From assembly GCF_964204645.1 (NCBI RefSeq), contig NC_134036.1, positions 11,139,859 through 11,203,858 of the forward strand: a DNA stretch of 64,000 nucleotides, read 5' to 3'. Made by a program: the position numbers and the translations under genes. Origin of the DNA: Tubulanus polymorphus. Lineage: Eukaryota; Animalia; Nemertea. The notes under the pieces are model-generated. The model saw only the letters and a program-made list of their open reading frames with translations. It did not search any database and had not been told where the DNA came from. Below are positions 9,681 through 22,269 of the stretch, one piece after another (position 1 is the stretch's first letter; each line of letters starts with the position of its first letter).

Positions 9681-12542
9681 AATGCCATCTATCGACGGCA
9701 AAACACATTAGTTATATACAGTGGCCTATGAAACCGACTTACGCGAGAATGATTGTGTACATCAAAATCGATGAAAGAACGATACTGAGGGGTGTCAGAC
9801 TCGCGGGGTGGCATACTCATCCCACAAGTTTTTCTCACCCCGCAGGTAAGGTCTCAATAAGATTGCCACCCCATATCTAGCACATATAAGAGTATATATA
9901 TATATATATATATAAATCTTTTGAAAAATCGGGCAAAAATGTTGCAATTTACAGCATCTAGAACAACAATATGAATGTTAATTCAAATGCTACGAACTGA
10001 TAAAGATAGGCCTATTTTCTGATTGATAATAAAACATTTTTGATGAATTTTACACGACTTTATTTTGAAGATAATCTCAAGATTAATTGTGTATCAAACA
10101 AACTCAATTTAATCTCTGTGAGGTCAGACCCGATACAGAACTTTAAGTTACGTACGTCGCGGATATATTGTAGGCCTATCGGAACAAATTCGTTCTTTTA
10201 AAAATAAAAACAGACCCGTGATTTTTTTTACAGCGTTTAATTTTAAGGGAAATGCTACTAGTCGAGACCGGACTAAGTCTCTTCTACGTAGTATGTCTCA
10301 CTAGCTACGAAGTAGAGAAGGCATATTATCATTGTTTAAAGGAACTAGGTAAAAATAATTTCAACGAAAAATAAAGGGGCAAACCAGAAAAGGGAAGCAG
10401 GCAGGGCCCCGGGTCCAGAAGGAATGGTCGTAGGCTCTATAATTGCTCATTACAACAGGCTTTTTGTCCAACGCGTTATTCAACTCGATCTAAGGCCCAA
10501 ATTTATGCGATCTAGCAACTAAAATATATGAAATTACTTACCTTTATATCAAAATAATGTAGATAATGAGTGACAAACTGAAAAACGGCGTGAGGTTCGA
10601 CGGGGTTCGGCAACGTTGAAAATGGTGGACGGATCTCGTTCGCTACGAAACCGAACGCGATAGCCTGTACCTGTCAGGTTCGAATCCCCATGCCGAACTT
10701 TCTCGTGAATCCATTGTTGCGCATGACAGCCATCGACGCATTGTTGAAGCTCGCGCGCTATTGAGTTTTGTGTTAGTGATTTGATTTAAACGGCAGTTAA
10801 TCTTCCATGATGTTTTATTGTAAAAAGTTGAGTATTAATAAATTTACTTTAGAATAATGTGATTCTCATGATGTAAAAATCATTTACCGACTGCAGAGAA
10901 AAGTTTTTCCAAATTAACCGTAAAAATTGATCGGTAAAGTCAAGTGTTTTTCCCATTACGGGTACGCGTTGAGTGGTGTCTTAGTGTGTTTCGCTGTCAA
11001 TAGATGGAGCAAAAATGCATTTCATGCATGAGTTGACTATACAGTCGCCATATACGGGTCTCTACGGTCACAACGGTGTAAGACAAATTCGGATAGTCGC
11101 AGATTTGATTTTTCCAATTTAGAGCCAAAAACCGACCTTTCTGTAAAAATCAGAAAAATTTTAAGGTTTTAAATGGACGCTTAAAATCACGACACCGTGG
11201 ACACGCCATGCAATTTTTGCCTTCATAAATCCTATGACATCATCACCCTTCCCATTTAATAAAAATCTCCTCTGAAATAGGCTCGTCCCTCAGAAAATAA
11301 TATTCTCAAATGATTTTTTCAACCGTAGGCCCTAATTTTCTCGGTTCCCGTCCACCTCGTCAATGCCGATACCGCACCTTCCCCCTCATGACCCAATATA
11401 AATCATTTCAAATACTTACTGATAATTATTAGACCGATAATTACTCTAAAAATGATAATTCATGTAGTATATTGCATTCAAAAAAACTGTTTTCATTCAA
11501 ACACTGTATTAAAACAAAACGTATAGCGCGAGCGCGCGCGCGCGCCCCAATATATGAGCACTGGATGTGCTGCCAGCATGGTGACTAGAGCGTGTATGTG
11601 ATGGTGTTTGTAGGCCTCTATACATCAGTAATCTGCATCTCGAGCGCTTAGCCCCGTGTACACTGACATCACGAGGCGCTGACTGTTGCTACGCATTGAA
11701 TTGTCTTCAGTAAATAAATGTCCGTACACCATACAACTCGGCGATAATCGATAACATTAAAGACTTCCAAAGACAGGCTTTCAAATTTAAAGATTCTAGT
11801 ATTTCCCCAGCAACATAATTCAAAAACCTTCATGGAATTTAAAGACCGCTACGGACCCTGGTATTAGGCTATTCCATCAAATTTTGTCCAAAAGCAGTTT
11901 TCGAAAAATAAATCCTTTCCAAAATTGTTAACATTGAATCCACCATCTGATCCAGATAAATGTAATTGAGAATACATGTAATATAAGCAGACATTTTATT
12001 TTTAAAAACAGAAAAATAAACATAAATACAAACATTAGTAATTATTTTGAGACAGAATACATAACACAGAATGGACAGAATACATAACACAAAATGAAAG
12101 ACAACTTCATCAATCAATATCAGTTACATCAATATACTCTTCTCTCATGAAAGGGGTCATGCATTTAGTATGTCTTATGTATTTAGAGATCTCAGGACCC
12201 ACCCTCTCCGAGCCATGCGTATATACATACTAAATCGATGGTTCCACAAAATCATCACATTTTTACAACAATTGGTCAAATTCCAGATAATTTTTGGAAA
12301 AATAATTTAAGTTCATACATGTTCAAATTAATTTCTTACTACATGTACAAAAATTCTGAAAATGGGTGTCTGCACCTTCCATCGCATTTTTACACTATAA
12401 TCAAAATAATTTTGGAATTATGCATGTCAAAATCCCGAAATCAGGAAAAATTGGCAACACTCATGAAAGAAAGAAAAGGGCACCACTCATTCATGATGGC
12501 TATTTTCTTAGCCCAACCACTGATTCGCAGGGCTTTCGTACC

Positions 12543-15008
12543 TCATTTTGAATTGCTAGGCTTTAATAACAACTCTCTTTTCATCAAGAATAATTTCTTC
12601 AAGGGTTCATAGGTTCTACGCATACTTTTAACACCCATTTTCAAAAGATCAGACCTTAATCCCTCAACACTTTCAGGTACAGGATCACATGGAACACAAT
12701 TTTCCTGTATCTCCTGTAGTATTCTACGCTTTTTTCTTTGAGCCCGGGAGTGCTTTTCCCACAACCAGTAATTTGATCAGTTTTCTTATATGCCCTTTTC
12801 TTTCTTTCATGGCCAGAGTCCTTTAAATGTTCTATTCTTTTCAGGACCGTTAATACCTCCTTAGTTGAATCAGCCTTACAGGTCTTAGCCATGTGTACCT
12901 TTTGATAATCGCATTCAACTTTTCTATCCCTTGTCCTGTATACCTTTTGAGCGGACCAAATTTGTCCAAAAAGAAAGGTACATCGAAAAGAAGCGCATGC
13001 ATATAGGGTGTGATATTGGCCTTCTTGTATCCCTTCCTTTGAGAACCAAGACTGAGAAAATCAGTGATCCAATTTTTCACATTTTTAAAGAAAACCAATA
13101 GTTCTGGTACATGTGTATCATCAGACAAATATTTGTACAAATCAAAGAAATTAATCCACAGTTATAATACATCATGTTTTGTCTGTGCATGCATGACATC
13201 TGACCCCTGTAACATCTGAGGTAGAAGTGTCATAATGGTTTTTACATCGGGTCCTTGAACAGATGTCCAATCAAGTTTGCCAGTACCTTTATGTGTTAAT
13301 GGATCTCTGACTTCCCATATCCTGAAAGTCACACCACATGAGTTTATCAGTTTACAAAGATTTTGTAGTTTATCTCCTATTAGTGGTTGATTAGCAGTAT
13401 CTAGCTGGCCAAGTCTGGCAAAGTCATCAAGATCCTTAACATCAGTGATGATATTACGCAATAATACATCAAATATTCTTAGTAATAGATGAAGCTCATC
13501 AATAACAATGTTTCCTGGATCTATCTTTAATATATGTAGATGGTCTACCCCGTTTTTGGATTCAAGGGCATCATTCACTAAATTATCATAGGTTCTGACA
13601 AGATGATCTTGATGAAAATGATCCCAATTATGATTACACTCATGTCTGTTTTCTTTGTGCACTTTGCACCATGGACAACTTTGATTGGCTGTACTGCCTT
13701 TTAAACCACACAACAGTTGTAAAAATTTCATATCGCCACCTAATACAATTTCAACCTCATATGATAGACCATTAATAGCCATTTTCTTTTGAATCAATAT
13801 TTCATTGATTTCTTCAATGAGTGGCTTGAGACCATTCTTGATAGAATCATACGATTCAGACTGGTTAAGAATTGCAATAGGAATAGATACACCTGTGTTT
13901 GCCCCTTCTTTCAGAATGGCAAGTGACATAGTTAGGAAACTACTAACACGACTCATGTTTGCTCCATCACCACGCAATTTTATGACAATTTTCTCAGCAG
14001 ACTGAAGAGAAGGGTCATTCTTAACCAGAAGAGCTACTTGCTCATGGAAACTTATGTAAGCTCCTGGTATTCCCCCAACAGCCCTATGTATGGAATATAT
14101 ATCTGACAGAGATTCCCTACATTGAACTATAAGTGACTTCTTTGGTAATTCTGAATCAAGAACGGTCAATTCATGGTAGGCAGCATCGCTGATACAAAAT
14201 GAGTCTAGCACATACAAAATATTTTCAATTTGTCCTTCACGGAGTCTGACAATTTCTCATAATTACCTATGTTCCTGCTGTTGTCAGATTTAAAATTGAT
14301 ATTATGCTCGTTAGTTCCACTAGTTACAGTCAAGGAGTCAATTTCCAAGCCATATGTTTCCATAAACCATAGAGCCCTTTCAATTTCCCCATGTAGCGAA
14401 TGAAGTCTACGCTTTTGTTGCCAATCACTAAGATCATGAAAAAGTTTCCCACTATTTGTCTTGATAGGATTGTTATAAACCTTGTCTAGATAATTACTTA
14501 ATGATGAGCTCAATCTTTCAATTTCTATTTGCTGTTCCTGACATTTGGTAGACAAGGAGAGGGTACTGTTTTGATATTCAATGATTGATTTCAAAAGTAG
14601 ATCAATCCTTCTGTGTAGGTCACAGTTTTCAGAGGTCAAAATTTTACAATTCTGAACTTGCCCCCCAACATAAACTAGTTCATGGGCATATATGCCCATT
14701 GACCACACTTTAGCATTCAGTTCCATGTACCTTCTACCGGACAAGTTCTGGTACTTGTTTTTTACAGAGGAACAGATTTCTTTGATTCTTTGATTCAGAC
14801 GTTCAGTATGGTGCAACTGAACAAAGTTTGGAAGGGCTACATTCAATAATAAAACATAGCTAGCATCTTTGTATTTTTGCTTGAAGTTTAGAAATTCTTT
14901 GATTAGACCATAGTCCATTTGTAAGCTAAGTACAACATCAGCAGATGTACTGAAACTACGTGTAACTAAATTCAATTTGTACTTATATTCGATATCTCCA
15001 AGAGACAT
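12543..15008 (-). pseudogene. RAG1/Transib-fold DDE transposase, disrupted by frameshifts and stops
   Basis: Motifs in order across ORFs 14205-15059, 13162-14217, 12850-13140, 12656-12892 and 12543-12764: LRGDGA (first D), LGGDMKFL (second D), CPWC, IDELHLLLRI, TPYMHAL, GQGIEKLN (E). These parallel RAG1 CTLC, DALH, TNYFH and SEGNE. Confidence 0.8.
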
Positions 15009-15366
15009 ATTGCAAGTTCTAAATATGATTGTAAACAGAAGTAAATAACTAACACTCAAGTTCTGTAGTGTAATAAGTACAAAAAATACAAAACCAGTTC
15101 TGCAGTTAAACCTTGCCTAACTCGGACAAACTGGGACTGGCAAAATTGGTCCGAGGTAATTGAAGTCCAAATAAAGGATAGGAAAAATTACAAAACCACA
15201 AACTGCAGTCGAACAATCGCAAAAAAGACAACTACAAGTTCTGATGTCAAATATTCATGAAAAAAAAACACAAATACAGTTCCAATCTGCAGTCTTAAAA
15301 TGAAATTCTTGAATAAATGACCACTCACTACAGCTTGACATTAAAGTCAACTAAGTTCAATACAAA

Positions 15367-17390
15367 CTACGAATTTTCATCATTCAATGTCGCCGTATCG
15401 CACGCAATAGTTACACATCGGACGATTATTTTCTCGAGTGGGTGATTCTTCCCAAAATCAAGATTTTTGTTCTCATTTACGTAATAAATTCTTCGACTAA
15501 ACCATAGTTTTGCTTTTAATTCTACAGGGAATAGTATTCTGATTCCCTGCCCATGTTTATTGATACGATAATTCCAAGCAGCGTCGAGTTGTAACTTATC
15601 AAAGTCGCGTTTTTGAAGAGACAAGTATCCATTTTTAAGAAGAGTTCCCTTTCCGTAAAAAACATAACGATAAATATCCAGCGGAAATTCGATGTTTGCC
15701 CTTACTACTCCTTCAGTTAGGACTAATCTTCTAACAGCTTCAGAAAAACGATCGGACCAAAATGAAATTCGTGTGGGTTCAATATTTGGTTCCTCGTAAT
15801 TATCAATAAAATGACGTGGCAGATGTGAAGACGGCTCCCAGGAACAATGAGTTATACTATAAGTTTCCCACTTGACAAGAAAGAAAACCTGAAAAATACA
15901 ACAATTTGTTTGTACCAGTACTTCAGCATCTTGATGACATTTAGATCTTATGAAATAAATTAATTGATTCTTATCAGCGCCCACTCCGAATTGTAAACAC
16001 TTAAGATAATAGTGACACATAGCACTCAAATTAGTTCACATTTAATGATTATTGAAAGCTAGTTCAGTTCAGCAAACATTGACCCACTTCTGTTCAGTGA
16101 CAAGCGGTTTTGGTTTAAAAAGAATCGCAACCGCAATGGGCCTTGCTATTGTGACAGAGTCGTTTTTAGATGAATATGACGGATATAAAATCATCATAAA
16201 TCAATATTATTTCATACAAAATATAAACCTCCCTCTCCGATATGTTGATCACAACTGATGAGAATCAAGTAATTTTTTATGGCCTGCAGAACGTGTGGTA
16301 TCACTTAACAGTCACCTCGAAGTTGATGAGGGTTTTTCATTATTCATTATTTTCAGCCACAAAATAGGCAACAGTAACAAACCGAAGAACCTTCACCGAC
16401 AAGTAGGCCTGCATACGAATAATATGTGCTATTATATGCTGTATTTATTCATAGGAGTTCTATACTTAATTCAAGAATTATGTGTCAATTACAAATCAAC
16501 ATCACCCTTGATTTCCTCTCAGTATGAAAATTTTGAAGTTTGAAGAAATGTGTAAAACAAGTAGGCTAGTCCTCCCCTCTAGGACAGGTTGTAACTTCTG
16601 TTCTCCAAATCTTTCAAAAACAATAAGCACTGCCAGTCGAATCTGAGACTTGGAATCTTAAAAAATATAGGGCCTATGAAAATTCTATTGACACTAAACA
16701 CAACAGACCTTTCCAATGATTTGTGGCAGTATTTGTTGTAAAATTGGGCAACAGCTTCAATTTATGTTTGATAGATGGCGCTAGCGTCGGCTCGGTTAGC
16801 TGTCAGGGCAGCCACATTCCGAATTATAATCCGTGAATTTTAAGACATAAACTGTGCCATCCAAACTCGTAATGGCAATCTACATAATAAATATTGATCT
16901 AAAAATTGTTTTATCAATGTATCTTAATAGTTTTGTGCGTTATGCTCATTTTCTGGATATTAGAACATAATAAATGAAAAATTACGAATATTTTCATTTG
17001 GAACCAGGGCATCCTCGCAGGCGGGTGACTTCACTCATACCTTAATTCCATAGGCCTAAATAAGACATTTAGCCGAATATACCAGCGTAGTGCGCTATTT
17101 TACTCTGTCTCGTTGGGGGCTAAACGAATGTATGGCTATGCTTCTTAACTTAACGTTACCTTTCGGCCCTCTGTCTTTCTCGAAATAATTCTTTCAACGT
17201 CGTAGTAGCCTAAAGTCTGTACAGCAGGTGTACATACAGGAGCTTTAACTTTCCTTTCCTTTATTAATGGAAGTTGGATCATCTGTAGGTAATTTTTTGC
17301 CTCTAAATTTCTTAAATTGTACGACGACGAGGAATTATCGCTGGAATTCCTGGGAGCCGCCATCACTGCGATTTCATTGGTTGAGCTCAT
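15367..17390 (-). CDS. Two-exon chromodomain protein (about 250 aa; exons 17160-17390 and 15367-15888) beside the transposase
   Basis: A phase-0 splice (AAG/gtaacg ... tttcag/GTT) joins YYDVERIISRKTEGRK to VFFLVKWETYSITHCSWEPSSHL, a classic chromodomain. No stops in the spliced frame. Confidence 0.85.
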
Positions 17391-17952
17391 TGTAGCACGC
17401 CACGCAGTGGTGGATAGGTGAAACTAATCTGCACAGAAAAGTTCGGCATGACTGCCTTTCCGACTTTACACAATCGCTCTTTAGAAGACCAAACGATGGT
17501 AAATATGTTTTTAAAGGGCATTTTTTATTAGGAAATGCTTTTTTAGATCAAAATTAGTACTATTTTTCTTGTGTTGGATTTGTTAAATATTTCCAACGTA
17601 ATTTCGATTAGTCGAAAAGTGCGACGTCGTTTCAACGTCATAAACAGTGATAAAGATGATCTCAATGCTTACTGGCCAGACCCGACGTAAGTCCGACGTT
17701 GTATCTACGTAACAGCGCAACCTCCACCAAAATCGACGTCAGATGTCGGTTGTTTGCCAGCTGGGATACCATCCGTATTGAACATCCGTCAGATGAGCTT
17801 CCTCCTTGTACATATTGCGAAATCGTGCGGTATGCTGTCCGCGCAGGAAAAACTTCTCTTTAAAATTTTATATGATACCATCGAGTGCTGATAAATTCTA
17901 ACCTTTTTTGTCGCCTGTTCCGAACGAGGACGTTCGGGGCTGGAGGGGGCTT

Positions 17953-20631
17953 TGTAGCGTAACAGCGGGGTTTCTTTCTGCTACAGAGTCCAACTCCGGT
18001 CCCACCCTATTTTAGAACTTGTTCGACCCTATTACCTGTCTTTGAATGTAAATAATCCTGTCTTTTCCGTATTGTATATTCCGTGTTCCGTTGTGTTCGC
18101 GCAAAAGGTAGAAAGTTTCTGATGTCCGATCGACAGTACCGGTAGTGCCGCTACTTAGCAATAATAAGAACTAATGTTATTGACGATGTTCTGTTAAGTG
18201 GAAAGACGCCGAGTACCAGTATATATCCGATAGGTTCGAATCCCTAATTTCTTCGGGATGATTTGATTTTAAAATAGCGATCGTTTTAATAGATTTGGTG
18301 TACCTTATTAAACTTACCCACCGTCAACACACCTGCCGGATGTGAAACAGGGGACGTCCTATTCCAATGACGCTAAAGATTTTGTGTGAATTTTATGGTA
18401 CTGTAACGGCGGTATGAATTAAATTCAGCTTAGACTGAGAGTAAAGTATTTTAAGGCAAACTCTAATGGGCTAACTGCACATCGTCGAAAGACTTCTCAT
18501 CCATCGATACTTGATAAAAATGAAATAAAACATCTAGTTCCAATTATCTCATGTAAGCATAACATTTATTTTGAAAATCTCAACCATACATCAAAACATT
18601 TTAAAGCCTTCTATATCAAATGCAATCTTTTGCCAACATAAACAATAGACAAATGGCCATATCTCTATCATAGTAATTATATCACGAATGCTAAATATTG
18701 CGATATTAATTGAAATCGTTCAACCAACAAATGAATTTAGTTAACATAATATCATCACAAACCATTCATATCCTTGGCAAAGGACTTATAAGATTTTAGA
18801 ATATCCAAACAGGAAAACTTTAGTCTCATTTCTATGCGAGTAGAAATACATTATCATTATAACATCCATATCTTTGCATTATATATAACATCCATAACTG
18901 TGCATTATATATATATGTTTATAATGTCATATCTCTTTAAAATAATCAATCCAATAATTAGATTAATAATACTAATTTATTTATAACTTAATAATTGATA
19001 ATTAAACTATCAACTCTGCTATAATTGAGTTACACATGGGGTAAAAAAAATTATGACATAAAAACTCCTGTCAGAGTAATAGAAGTAACTGTCTAATACA
19101 TGAAATAACACATTTTATACAATGAACTGAGCTCTGAATCTGATGAAAATATTCAATCTGAGATCTTACGAATGATGTTATTTTAGCCCTCTACTTCTGA
19201 AAACTGAATAGCGCGCTGTGAACTTCAACTTCAAAACAAATTTGATGAACAGCAGTGTACCGCGAACTGAACGCGGCGTCTTCTCACTTAGAAAATTATC
19301 GACTTGACAGATTAGTTCGATTTTCGACCGCGGCGGCTCTATACGCCATTGGACAAAAGAAACTTTCTACCTTCTGTGTTCGCGGCCAAATGAATCATTT
19401 ATCGGGCTTCCCCCACTAGGTTTCGCTCGCGAGGGGAGTCTCCGGTATCTATTGTTGGAATTTCTTGACTCCGGGCCGGTTGCGGTGCACGTTGCCGGGC
19501 CGGTCGGCGCGCTCGTTTCCCGGCTCGTTAATTAACGTTTTTAATTGTTGGTTAATGGGGGTATTAATTCTGATTCACGCGCGGAGATTCGATTCTCCCC
19601 TTTTACCTTTTTATCGAGACAGGGGAAGGACCGGCGGTGTCGCGGTCCTTCTCGTCTTCCCTCTCAACCTGACCGGAGTAGATTGCATGGGTCGACGAGT
19701 TGGAAGGCAAGTCGCCGTGTCCTGAACCGGTCCCGCTTGTTATTTCTATTTACTGTTTTGATTGGCCTAATTTATTGTTGTATATTATAAGAGCGTCCTA
19801 TCGCTTTTCGCCCTCGATTCCGTCAGAGCGCGCCGTTATTAACTGTGTGTATTAAACATTGAAGCCAATCGTGAGGTCGAACATCATTAGTTCCCCGCGA
19901 CCGTATTATCGCGTTTTGCCCTCGGTCCCGTCCGAGGGCACTTAGTATAAATGTTTGACGAAATCTTATCCTATTGATCGCGTTTCGCACGCTGTAGATA
20001 TATTGTAGATACTAGTAGAATTAGTCGAACTTTCAAGGAGTCTCCTCGGTTAATGGCTTCCTTTTTCATCAGATAACGTGACTCGGTGTATAGTATTGAA
20101 ATAAGATTTATTATCCTTCATTTCCGTGTTTTATTTGAGATCTTGCAAGTTCAGGCATACTTTGAGGCTGTGGGACTGTGTGTCCTCTCGAGACCGTGTG
20201 TCTTTTGACTGTGTGTCACCAGCCCTGTATGTTATTAACACTCTATTTCATTTGATCATTGTTAATCTAATCATCATAAAGTTATAATTGCATTATTTAC
20301 ATTAAGATATTAATTAAAGCCACTATCGTGGACATATCGAGATATACGTACATCTCTGAATTTCGTTCTTTGGCTTTGGTCCGTTTCTCCGAGGCATTTC
20401 CAACCACTCTTCTGATTTCAACTTTTTCCTAGAGTCCGTTCGACATCAGCGAACTTATGAAGCAACGTCCACTTTCCCCCTCGCCGTTCATGCTACCACG
20501 AGGAACTCGAGGAATCACGAGACCGGAAGCGTGCAAACCCGCTTCCCTGAGGAGACTTTGTGTCGCGCTACGACACCGTAGCGGACGTTGCGTGCCCGCT
20601 TCTAATTCCCCCATTCCCCCATTACGCTACA
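17953..20631 (+). mobile_element. 3' LTR of an LTR retrotransposon (about 1.4 kb after removing the nested insertion)
   Basis: Termini TGTAGCGTAA and TTACGCTACA form a perfect 10-bp inverted pair. A purine-rich tract GGGGCTGGAGGGGG lies at 17936-17949 just upstream. Flanks GCTT and GTAC differ, so it is not a solo LTR. Confidence 0.8.
18100..19378. mobile_element. Non-autonomous Chapaev-type DNA transposon nested in the LTR
   Basis: TIRs CGCAAAAGGTAGAAAGTTTCT and AGAAACTTTCTACCTTCTGTG. 4-bp TSD TTCG at 18096-18099 and 19379-19382. Confidence 0.8.
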
Positions 20632-20761
20632 GTACCAATTGGGATAGGTTTCCTGTATTTTTTACATATTACATCACTAACAACGATAAACGTCCGTCGC
20701 CGACTGAAAAATTGAGTGTAGTCAATCTTAAGAATCAGCTAAATATGGCGTCACAGGCCCT

Positions 20762-21115
20762 GGGGCTTGTCACGCCATATCTGACAAGGCGTGTCACCCA
20801 GTTGTGTTACCCAGTTATTGTATAGTTATTGTATGTATAGTGTTTATATGGTGTACTGACTTCAGTCTGTTCAGTGTGAATCATTCAGTGTTTATACTTG
20901 ACATACCCCTATAAACTGTACCTATAACAATATATGTTTACTGACCACAGTCAGTCCCAGCCACATAACTTTAATAAATGGACGTACGTTGTAGTATTAT
21001 ACGTCTGGTGTCGTCATTAGTTTTATAGGTGTAGTTCGACCCTGGAGCTTGGATCTGAAAAGGAATTGGGTATTTCGGCCATGGAGTTTCATCCGTAAAG
21101 GGCGTCACAAGCCCC
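20762..21115. mobile_element. Small element with a 15-bp inverted terminal repeat (MITE or LTR-like)
   Basis: GGGGCTTGTCACGCC and GGCGTCACAAGCCCC. Inner TG...CA ends and an internal AATAAA; no TSD found. Confidence 0.4.
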
Positions 21116-21359
21116 GAGCAAAATGCAGACTATATATGATTCACGCGGAACGAAGATATATGTTCGCGTCGAACGGACCACGTTATTTAGTCAGATACGA
21201 CGTGTAAAACCTGAATGAGATAATTTCAAGTACCGGTATATCAATGTGTAATGAATTTCTATTTATTCTTTACTTATTACCAAGGCAATTTTTGTATATT
21301 TTTAAATATGAACAAAATAGAAACAACGATTTATAAACCTATTTCTAAGACATAATGAT

Positions 21360-22200
21360 TATTGTACTTCTGATTGAACGAAAAATAATCCAGGTCTTCT
21401 CACGCCATGTTTCAATTGAAGCTTGACACGCCATATTGGCTGCAGAACGTTTGGGGCCTGACACGCCATGTAGACGACAGCGTGGTTTTTAGGAGCTTCT
21501 TGAAACAATATTTGCCTTTTTTCTAAGTCTAAATGATTGACAAACCATATAGAATGATAAATATTTGAATATTTATGATAATTAGTGACAATTATTCCTT
21601 CGTTTGTACGGAAAACCGATCGGTTCCTCTCACGCCATGTTTCAACTGTAGCTTGACACGCCATATTGGCAGCAGAACGTTTGGGGCCTGACACGCCATG
21701 TAGACGACAGCGTGGTTTTAGGAGCTTCTTGAAACAACATTTGCCTTTTTCTAAGTCTAAATGATTGACAAACCATATAGAATGATAAATCTTTGAATAT
21801 TCATGATAATTAGTGACAATTATTCATTTGTTTGTACGGAAAACGTTCGGGTCCTCTCACGCCATGTCTCAATTGAAGCTATTCTGCAGTCCGTTTGGGG
21901 CCTGACACGCCATCTAGAAGACAGCGTGATTTTAGGAGCTTTTTGAAACAATATTTGCCTTTTTGTAAGTCTAAATGATTGACAATCCATGTAGAATGAT
22001 AGATCTTTGAATAGTTACGATAACGAGTGACAATTATTCATTTGTTTGTACGGAAAACCGTTCGGGTCCTCTCACGCCATATCGACTGCAGAACATTTGG
22101 GGCCTGTAACGCCATGTAGAAGACAGCGTGATTTTAGGAGCGATTGCGATTTTTCTAGCAGTATTTGTTTTGTTTTCTAAGACTAAATGATTATTATATC
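21360..22200. repeat. Degenerate tandem repeat, about 4 units of 200-230 bp
   Basis: GGGGCCTG(A/T)(C/A)ACGCCAT recurs near 21453, 21683, 21897 and 22099. Confidence 0.85.
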
Positions 22201-22269
22201 ATGAAAAAATACATAATAAATTGAAACTAAAGATATAATCAGTGACAATAAGTTGAATTCATCTAATAT

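Noticed and set aside
10590-10700. tRNA gene suggested by GGTTCGAATCCC (also at about 18233-18244)
   Set aside because: B box only; no cloverleaf; more likely SINE-derived.
11597-11756. Small solo LTR (TGTGAT...ATAACA with AATAAA)
   Set aside because: No TSD and only weak terminal match.
11069-18095. CACAACGG ... CCGTTGTG as termini of the chromodomain/RAG1-like element
   Set aside because: Only 8 bp match, flanks differ (CGGT versus TTCG), and the right site lies inside the LTR. The ends of that element remain unidentified.
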